Source: Balanoglossus misakiensis (lineage: Eukaryota; Animalia; Hemichordata). Taken from it: DNA of 64,000 nt. Position 1 is the stretch's first letter. Each line of letters starts with the position of its first letter. The translations under genes were made by a program, and so were the position numbers. The stretch lies in assembly GCA_040954595.2 (NCBI GenBank), contig CM082590.2, positions 6,262,001 to 6,326,000 of the forward strand, read 5' to 3'. Below, in pieces: positions 55,301-64,000 of the stretch. The notes under the pieces were generated by a model. The model had not been told where the DNA came from. It was given only the letters and a program-made list of their open reading frames with translations, and did no database searches.

Positions 55301-58300
55301 TTGCGAGAATCACACAAGAACTATGACGCCATTCTTCTACACTACGGCGGCCAGAGAAATAAAAAAAAACTGCAAAATGAAACAATTTCCCTACCTACCT
55401 ACCCTATTTTTGAAAACCGTGTAATTCTGGCTGCCTTCAATAGGTTTTCACTTTGCGCTAGGGGGTCAAATCACATTGCATTCTGGTCAAAAAGTTGACA
55501 ACCCACTGTAGTAAGAGATAGAAGAAATGATATGTTTACTGTATTTCATGACTTCCTTTGGTCAAACATGTCTGTCTTTGTAGTGACCACATTAAACTCA
55601 TTAAACTTTTTTCACATTTTGTTATTTTTCTGTTAAAAAGTTTCAGAATGACCCATCATCACTTTAGCTTATGAACTCCCATTTCCTATGGCAAAAATCG
55701 GCCATATTGAAATTATGTCGACCATATGAGATTTTCATCACTCAGTGACTCACTTAGGTAGCTTAAGGATGTACGCACAAAACATAAACCGGAAACACTG
55801 CGCGCCTGGTCTTTTTCCCATAGGATTACATTGATAATCGCCAGAAAACAAACTTCTACTATTGTCATTTTTACGAAATTTTACACATAGCTCAGTCCAG
55901 TGAATATAAATTCATTGGTCGAATAAAATATAGGGGGTCACCGCGCTCTATTTTGAGATAAATTGCGTTAAATATTTTGCCCATAGACAAACCATTGGTG
56001 AAAAATGCTGAGTCAGCAGATTTCTTCTATTATCGACCAAATTCATGGCTCTGTATTTCAAAAACAAGCGCGGTGACCCTTACATTTTATTACGAATTTT
56101 CATTATACATACACAGGAGAATCCAAAATTCCACAATTAAAAAAAATGACAATACTTTCAATTTTACTGAACGTACATCCTTAAAACCTATTTAAGGTAG
56201 GGAGAATTGGAACAACACATATTTATTTTTTTATTTGTACTTAACAGTGTCTTGACTACATTCAATCTACCGGCCGCGGTGGAAGACGTGAGTGGAACCG
56301 CAGTACCTCCGTCTGTCTTGGAGAAAGCCCAGGCCATACAGTCGGAAGGAGGACTACAGAAACTGGATCAAATGATTAACGAGATGCCGGAATTATTGAC
56401 AAGGAATAAAGAAGTCCTGGACGAGGTCAGTGGGAAAGATCGTCTTGTATTTTCAAATGGTGTCAGTTTGCTTGATTAAAGGGACAAAATCTCTCTCTCT
56501 CGGTACCCTTTTTCCATTTTAATGTTTGATACAAGACACTGTTATGTTAATGTACATGTGGATATATAGTAAATCTACATTCGACCACACACACCTCCCA
56601 GGACAAAGTCTCTCTCTCGCTGCCCTTTTTCCATCAATTATGTTTGAAACAAGACACTATTTATCTTATTCTACATGTGGCATGGATATATAGTGAATCA
56701 CCATTTGACCACACACAACTTCCATCCCGCGTGTAGATACGGGAGTGAAAAAACTGTAACCCTTTTACTGCCATGGTTTGGTCCAACTCAATTGTTTTCA
56801 ATAGCAATACTTGACCTTTATACATAGAAATAGTGGTGTCAAACCTGTTTGAACTGAACACCAAAGGAAATTTTTTGTTTGTATTTTTAAACTTTTTTAT
56901 TTGAGTCATAAAAGGAAAGATTCCATATTCAGAAGTGGCAATGACAATTTTTTTGATATTATAGTTATGTCATATCTGTTTGCCAATGTCACCTGTCATT
57001 TTCATTCTGGTGTAAACCTATTTCTGTGCAATCCCCAAATAGGACCACAGTGTCATTGACTCTATTTTTACATTTCCATTTTTAGGTCCCATTGGTATAG
57101 GCCTATGTACCATGGGACCTTATGGGATGGGTTGCGTCTGTATGTATGTATGGATGGATGTATGTATGGATGTATGTCTGTATGTCCGTCCACATAAAAA
57201 AACTTGAAAACCGCTGCGCGTATCACCTCAATATTTGGTGTGTAGGTGCAGGCTGGGCTGTAGATGGGAGTTTGTCCAAACGAAGTTGCCAGGCCCAAAA
57301 ATATGCAAATTAGCTTGTAAAATGTGAAATTGATCAAAACTCTGTAACTCAACAATTACTGGTCAGATTGCTTTGAAAATTGATATGTATGTACCTTATG
57401 TCAACCTCACACCGACCTGTAAGTGTTAAGTTGATATCATGGATGTTTTATTTTTTATGAATTTTTTAGTCTTTTTATTAAATTTATACCTTTACTTATA
57501 CCTCTATGGTTAAGCTATGTCCACGTCTTATTGTGGAATTCTGGTCTGTGCAATAGTCCTGTACAGTGACTGTCTATTGGCCAGTGAGCACAATGGGGCC
57601 AAAATAAAAGGCAAATTTTTGGGCTCACCTGTAACACCTGCTTAACACATTAATTATGTGCATACCTAATTCCGGGCTAATTAATAGGGCTAGAGGTTTC
57701 GTTCTTGTGGGACATGGACCACTATAGGGTCAAAATTTCTTGCCCAAATTTTGGGTGACCTCAGGTGACCTTTGACCTACTTTCCTATATCTGGGCATCC
57801 AGAGCAGGTACAGACTTGGCGTTTGGAGGGTTGGGACTAAAATTGAAAAGCCAAAATATGGGTCACCTGTGACACCTGCATATCTCATTAATTATGTGCA
57901 TACCTAATTCCAGGCTAACCAATAGGGATATAGGTTTGGTTTTTGTTGAACATGGACCAGTACATGTATAGGGTCAAAATTTCTTGCCCAAATTTTGCAT
58001 GACCTCAGGTGACCTTTGACCTACTTTTCCATATCTTGGCATCCAGAGCAGGTACAGACTTGGCGTTTGGAGGATTGGCACTAAAATTGAGAAGCCAAAA
58101 TTGGGGGTCACCTGTGACACCTGCATATCTCATTAATTATGTGCATACCTAATTCCAGGCTAACCAATAAGGCTATAGGTTTGGTTTTTGTTGAACATGG
58201 ACCAGTATAGGGTCAAAATTTCTTGCCCAAATTTTGCATGACCTCAGGTGACCTTTGACCTACTTTTCCATATCTTGGCATCCAGAGCAGATATGCTTAT

Positions 58301-61300
58301 TGCTATGTTGCTTTGTGCTATGTCCTCAAATGGGACCACAGTGTCCTTGACGCTATTTTTTTATACAGTTATGTCATATCTGCTTGCCAATGTCACCTGT
58401 GATTTTTATTCTGGTGTAAACCTATTTCTGTGTAGTCCCCAAATGGGACCACAGTGTCTCCTTGACGCTATTTTACAGTATTTGTTTATAATGTAATTTG
58501 ACAGGCAATTCGAATGCTGGATGAAGAACAGAGATCCGACGAACAAATGAGGTCGCAGTTCAAAGAGAGGTGGACCCGGTTACCGTCGGAAAAACTGACG
58601 GCTCCTCTCAGAACGGAAGCGGTCAAGTACAAAGGAATATTGGACAGCGCGATACAAGCTGATCACGTCGTTAAAGAGAAATATGGCACCCATAAAGAAG
58701 CGATTGTGTTACTTTCTAAGTCCGAGGTAAGACCGAAGTTTGTACATTCTTTGTTTTGCATCCACTATAGTCTCGGTTACCGGCTTCTTGGTTTTTCCCC
58801 CAGACATTCTGTCCTAGGCATTGTCATTTCCAGATGACGGTTAAAGGGACAAGTCTCTCTCTCGCTGCCCTTTTTCCGTTAATTATATTTGATACGAGAC
58901 ACTGTTTATATTAATGTACATAGGTGGATATAGTGAATCAACGTTCAACCACACACACCCTCCATCGCGATTGTACGATATGAGAGTAAAAAATGAATAA
59001 TTGGTGTTTACTATTTATTCATTTTGGCGGGATTTTTACTCTCATATCCTACAGACGGGATTGTGTGTCGTTGAATTTTGATTCTCTATATATCCACTTG
59101 TAGAATAACATAAATGGTGTCTTGTATCAAACATAATGGAAAAAGGGCAGCGAGAGAGAGACTTTAATAGAATCTCACTCTCCCAAAGACCTGGGATTCC
59201 ACCACTAAATATTTGATTTGATAAAACAAATGCTTTTTATTAAAAATATACTGTAATAGGAAAGAAAATAACAATACTATGTTTTACCATTAACACTGAA
59301 GGTGTCTTGTATCAAACATAAGTGATGTAAAAAAGGGCAGTGAAAGAGAGACTTTGTCCCTTTAAATGAAATCCTTAGTATTGCTCATGAAAATACAGTT
59401 TTCAAATCAAAACGATTCTTCACACGCAGAATATTTGTCGTTTCTGACACAGGCAGAATTGGCGGGCGCCATCCCATCGGCGGGTCCCACGGCAACCGCG
59501 CAGGGCAGCGCAGTTGTGACAGAGTTGAGAAAACTCCTGGAGCAGGTGCACACCATCAAGGCAGAAAGGGATACCATTGAGCAAGACCTGCAAGATGCCA
59601 CTGTTGATATGAGTAAGTGCTGTCCAATACATTTCCAGATGCACCGTACAATATGTATGCAAATGAGCCCTCAGTGCGTGATGCCAGTGATGATATGAGT
59701 AATTTCCACATGCACTGGACAGTATGTATGCAAATGAACCCTCGGTGCACTGTTGATATGAGTAAGTGCTGTCCAATACATTTTCAAATGCACCGTACAA
59801 TAAGTATGCAAATGAGCAAATGATTTTCGGATGCAAAGGTCACATTAACGAAAAAAGCATGTTTATTTGACGTAAAAAAATACTCACTTGATGCCCAAAT
59901 CTTAATCAGTGCGTCAATATTGATGCATAGAAAACAGCCGATCTTGCTGTACAATGGTCAACATAAACCGTACGCATACCGGCTGACTATGTCTAAAAAT
60001 AGCACAGTGTGGGCCTGGGATCAAAACAACCTCCAGTGCGTGCGAACTTTGTACTCAAAATGTAACAATTACCACCAGTGCGTGCGAACTTTGTACTCAA
60101 AATGTAACAACCTCCAGTGCATGCGAACTTTGTACTCAAAATGTAGCTAATTTTGATTAATGAATATTGAACTAGACATGTCTAGGATGCAGGCTGAAAG
60201 GAGTTTGACACAATTATTTTTATGAATGTGTCAAAAATACACACTCAAATAAATGTTACCACAACCCCTGGGATATAACGATGCAGTTAGTGAAATACGA
60301 GAACGCGAAAAATAATCGTCATGTAACAGTTCTTGATCGCGAAAATTTTCTGTTTTACAGTATATTACATTTGACGTATTTATACACTATTGTATCATTT
60401 CTGATATTTCCATTGAGCAGTGGGGACTCAGTCATCTCTAATGACTTGTCTTTATTCCAGAATCTCAATTCATGTCGTCATTAGCAGCCAGCGGGGCCAT
60501 TGATGAAGAGACAATATCCAATCAACAGTTGGATCAAATATATGGACAACTGATCGATCAAGTTAATGATAATATTGAACGGCAAGACACTCTACTGGCC
60601 AACATTGAGGTGGGTTTCCATTAGAGGGACAAAGTCTCTCTCTCGCTGCCCTTTTTCCATTAATTATGTTTGATACAAGACACCATTTATGTTATTCTAC
60701 ATGTGGATATATAATGAATGAACGTTCAACCACACACAACTTCCATCCCACTTGTAGACACGAGAGTGAAAAACTCGCCAAAATGAATAATTGGTGTTTA
60801 TTCACTTTGGGCAAGTTTTTACTTCCATATCATACAAGTGGGATGGAAGTTGTGTGTGGTAGGATGTTGATTCATATTATATCCACTCATAGAATAACAT
60901 AAACTGTGTCTTGTATCAAACATAATTAATGGAAAAGGGCAGGGAGAGATACTTTATACCTTAACCCTCAAAGTGCCTTAAAATTCTAAGGTACACGACC
61001 CCCCAGGCCCAGGACTTTTTGCAAGTAACAACGAAATCGCGATGTCCCAAAATATTTTGCTCTATTAAACTTCACAGAATTTCAAACAAAAGTCAAAGGA
61101 GTGACATTTTAAGATACAAAGGTATAAATATAAGTATGTAGACACACTGTCGAAAACAGGGTCGCGCGCGTTCGACTGACCGCGACCGTGCGCGTACATC
61201 GCGTCCACAGCTCAATGCAGTTGGCTGGGTCCCCGATCGCGCGCGCGACCACCCGCTCTCGACATCGGCTCCAAAGTTGTTGTCACGGTCAGGATTACTA

Positions 61301-63976
61301 TATGGCCTTGATCGGTATAAAATTGTAGTCAATGAAACCCCCAAAAATCGTAATCATTGTTGAAGTCGCTGTCATGAAAATGTCCAGTGAAAAATTTGCT
61401 GTCTTCCGGGTTTACAAAGTGAAGGAAGGACGCATACTGTCAAAGGTCAGGTAATTAGGTCATGTCGATAACACAATCATTTTTCTCTGGAACGTTCGAC
61501 TGACATCATTTCCCGCCCAGAATAAATTAATTTATAATGAGTTTCATTCATCTACGACCCGAGTACGTCATTATTTTTACCATATATGGCACGAACTACG
61601 GATAAGCCTCGCCTATTTTCTTGTGATTGACAACTGTACGTTGTCGGTGTATACACCGACATGGCCAGACAATGCGGAAGTACCTGTCGGTCTATACACC
61701 GACGCGGCGTTTTGAGAGTTAAAGGATGTACGCGCAGAACATAAACCGGAAACAGTGCGCGCCCGGTCTTTTTCTCATAGGATTACATTGATAATTGCCA
61801 GAAAACAAACTTCTACTGTTGCCATTTCCATGAAATTTTACACATAGCTCAATCCAGCAAATATAAATTCATTGGTCAACCACGCTCTTATTTGAGATAT
61901 TAAATTTCATTAAAATTTTTGCCCATAGACAAACCATTGGTGAAAAATGCTGAGTCTATTATCAACTTAATTCATGGCTCTGTATTTAATAAAACAAGCG
62001 CGGTGACCCCTAAATTTTAGTACAGTCTTTTTAATGCACAGGATATAAAGCTTGTTGTTATGAAGCTATGTTTTATTTGACACAGAGAGCAAATTACCAG
62101 TTTTGCGAAGAGAAGCAATCCAACGCGGGTGCTGTGAAGAGAGAAGAGGTCCTACGCAAATTGGCAGCCGCTCACAACGCCTACATGGAGTTACTCAACA
62201 ACTTGAGAGAGGGAACTAAGGTACAGAAATTGCTTACAGTGAAACCTGTGTCAGTGGCCACCTTTATATAGTGGCCACATCTGTATAGGGGCCACCTCTG
62301 TATAGTGGCCACTTTGTTACAGTCATTGTGAATTTAACACAATCAAACTGGTGTATATTGACCAGTCAAGGGACTTTCCTATGTATGTATGTATGTATGT
62401 ATGTATGTATGTATGTATGTATGTATGTATGTATGTACGTACGTATGTACGCATGTACGCATGTACGTATGCATGTATGTATGTATGTAGAGTAGGGTAG
62501 TAGGAGAAGTGATAGGCGGTAAAATCTCTACAACGCTGTTTCGTGAGTCACTAGACTCACTCATCAGGAGACTAAACTGGCGAAAATGCAAGGGGGATGG
62601 CTCGTTTATGTGCAGGTGGAATGTATAGACTGGTGATGTAAAACCAAAACATGCATGCATGTGTGTGTATGTGTGTCATGATATTTGGTGTCTTCAAAGT
62701 CATTTTTGGATTATTTTTCAGTTTTACAATGATCTGACCCCACTGCTTGTCAGATACCAAAGCAAGGTTAGCGATTTGGTGTTTGCAAGGAAGACCGAAA
62801 AGGAAGAATTAATGAAAGATTTACAGCAGAATATCGTGAATCAACCGACAGGTCCAGCCCCGGTTGCACCCACACATCATGGCGGCCAAAGTAAGAAGAC
62901 ACCCTTTTCTTAAGTCTAGCGCCCTCACACAGCCATCATGAATTTGGGTGATGCCATTTTCCAATTCTCCCTACCTTAAATAGGTTTTAAGCTACCTAAG
63001 TGAGTGATGAAAATCTCATATGGTCGACATAATTTCAAGATGGCTGATTTTTGCCATGTTTAGGAAATGGGAGTTCATAAGCTAAAGTGACGATGGGTCA
63101 TTCTGAAACAGGTTGTACTGTATGTCTTTTCTATGTAAACCATGGTATAGAATCACCCCCCAGTTCCCTCTTTTGAGGTCCAACCTTACCGTAGAAAAAC
63201 AATGGGTTTGTTTTATAACACACCATGCAGCGAACCCTCGATCGTGATTTGTCAATACGCTGTCACGTGACCTTAGTCATTTCGAACTGTTCCCTAGGGC
63301 ATCAGTTTCTGCCCGGTACTGTTGCCTGGATGTGGTGTGTGTCGTGTTTGGTGTGTTATAAAACACATGATGACTGACATATTTGGGCAACAGTGTATTT
63401 TTGATGACCTCGGGACTGCCAGTCACACCAAAACAAGACTGTTTTAGTTGTGACTAGCAGCGCCCTCGGTCATCAAAATGCACTGTTGCCCTCATTGTCA
63501 GTCATCATGTGTATAATTAATGCATGCATGCATATGTACACACACGTGCATGCATGCATACATACACACACACACTCACACATACATATCATTTTTGTGT
63601 ATACTGAACCGTGTATAACCCATTTGTGATTTCAGGTCAAGCAGCCAGTCGCCAGCCACCACCACCACGACCACCACCGCCGGCGGCGGCATCCACCCAA
63701 CCACCGCAGCAGCCCCCGGCAACGGCGCCGCCCGCCTACGCACCGGCCTACGGGAGCCAGCCGTACCCGTACCCGGGCTACACCCCGCCCCCCATGCCGG
63801 GAGGGTACAATCCCTACGCTCAGATGACCTACCCCCCTCAACAACAACAACAACAACAGCAGCAGCAGCAGCCCTATCCCGGCCAACCTCAGTACGGGAA
63901 TCCCCCGTATCCGGCGCAAGCATACGGAAACCAACCTTATCCAGCTCAGCCCCAATATCCGTACCCAAGACAATAA
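46124..63976 (+). CDS. PDCD6IP: Programmed cell death 6-interacting protein (ALIX): Bro1 domain, V domain, proline-rich tail (~847 aa, 15 exons)
   Basis: Exons 46124-46332, 47957-48011, 49031-49100, 49663-49790, 50840-50993, 51863-52089, 53788-54010, 55048-55171, 56248-56425, 58505-58726, 59453-59612, 60461-60609, 62086-62220, 62722-62890, 63636-63976. All are GT-AG, phases match, and the total is 2544 nt. ALIX motifs: [79 protein letters not shown]. Confidence 0.96.
46328..46690. repeat. Intronic tandem repeat, ~3 x 133 bp, including the exon-1 splice donor
   Basis: TACAGGTATGTGAAGGTTGT at 46328, 46460 and 46594. Confidence 0.9.
48088..48594. mobile_element. Kolobok-like MITE family D, nested in an older small TIR element
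   Basis: TTAA-AGGCACGTAAGCTG...CAGCTTACGTGCCT-TTAA. Inverted terminal fragments at ~36970-37107 and ~38545-38665. Confidence 0.82.
49818..50254. mobile_element. AcademH-like non-autonomous element (relative of 35721-36165) inserted in a (GAATCT)n tract
   Basis: TAGACTTGGTCACCCAGAC...GGGTAACCGTGACTA, with long internal inverted arms. Confidence 0.75.
51384..51820. repeat. Intronic minisatellite, ~4 x 105-110 bp
   Basis: CTGCATGATTCAGGGAT.TCCCCACCCTCAGA.CAGTG repeated four times. Confidence 0.9.
52143..53110. repeat. Intronic compound minisatellite, ~6 units of 150-185 bp containing (TGTC)n
   Basis: Recurrent ACTTATACATCTGTCTG...TTTGCTTATACT.GG.TG.AGGGTTTT..CCAGGTTGACT.CATTGCCAGC. Confidence 0.9.
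54090..54680. repeat. Minisatellite, ~8 x 73 bp, resembling an amplified TA-CAGTC (Tc1/mariner-like) MITE terminus
   Basis: TACAGTC.AACCTGTGTTAGTGGCCACCTCTATATAGTGGCCACTTTG with 73-bp period; a related monomer at ~62235-62330. Confidence 0.88.
55767..56180 (+). mobile_element. Kolobok-like MITE family A, nested in another repeat
   Basis: TTAA-GGATGTACG...CGTACATCC-TTAA. Empty-site versions of the host repeat at ~36190-36230 and ~62960-63010 (reverse strand). Confidence 0.88.
57079..58362 (+). mobile_element. Helentron-associated non-autonomous element (HINE / DINE-1-like) with internal ~245-bp tandem repeats
   Basis: 5' T-run plus subterminal IR GGTCCCAT..ATGGGACC, a GTAT/GGAT microsatellite, ~3 central tandem units (57610-58290), then 3' ATGGGACC, hairpin AGTGTC-CTT-GACGCT and a T-run. 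An inverted partial relative lies at ~39140-39350. Confidence 0.72.
60965..61718. mobile_element. piggyBac-like non-autonomous element
   Basis: TTAA-CCCTCAAAGTGCC...GGCGTTTTGAGAG-TTAA (imperfect 13-bp TIR). Confidence 0.6.
62380..62488. repeat. (TATG)n microsatellite
   Basis: Directly visible. Confidence 0.95.
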
Positions 63977-64000
63977 AAACAGACTAATAAAATTTAAAGG

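Noticed and set aside
16508-63976. Functional clustering of the Roco/death-domain gene with ALIX as a cell-death locus
   Set aside because: Adjacency in an animal genome is not evidence of a shared system without conserved synteny or co-expression data.

Overview
AT-rich eukaryotic (animal) genomic DNA with GT-AG introns. The repeat content looks like an invertebrate deuterostome such as a hemichordate, but that is inference only. Bases 1-13.1 kb are a tandem array of a ~4.65-4.70 kb unit (about 2.8 copies visible, left end cut by the window edge), built from transposon relics and followed by 117-bp and ~76-bp minisatellites. Three + strand multi-exon genes can be assembled by hand: (1) a kinase-less, DAPK-like Roco gene (ankyrin-ROC-COR-death domain, ~850 aa, 16508-33701); (2) an unnamed protein with a signal peptide, two tandem ~135-aa Cys-containing beta-rich domains and a GPI-like tail (~336 aa, 38514-43781); (3) PDCD6IP/ALIX (15 exons, ~847 aa, 46124-63976). 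Introns carry many non-autonomous elements: at least four TTAA-flanked Kolobok-like families, a piggyBac-like element, AcademH-like elements with 9-bp TSDs, a Harbinger-like MITE, a Helentron/HINE-like element and double-hairpin repeats. All gene models and transposon superfamily assignments were made by eye and need alignment or RNA-seq confirmation.
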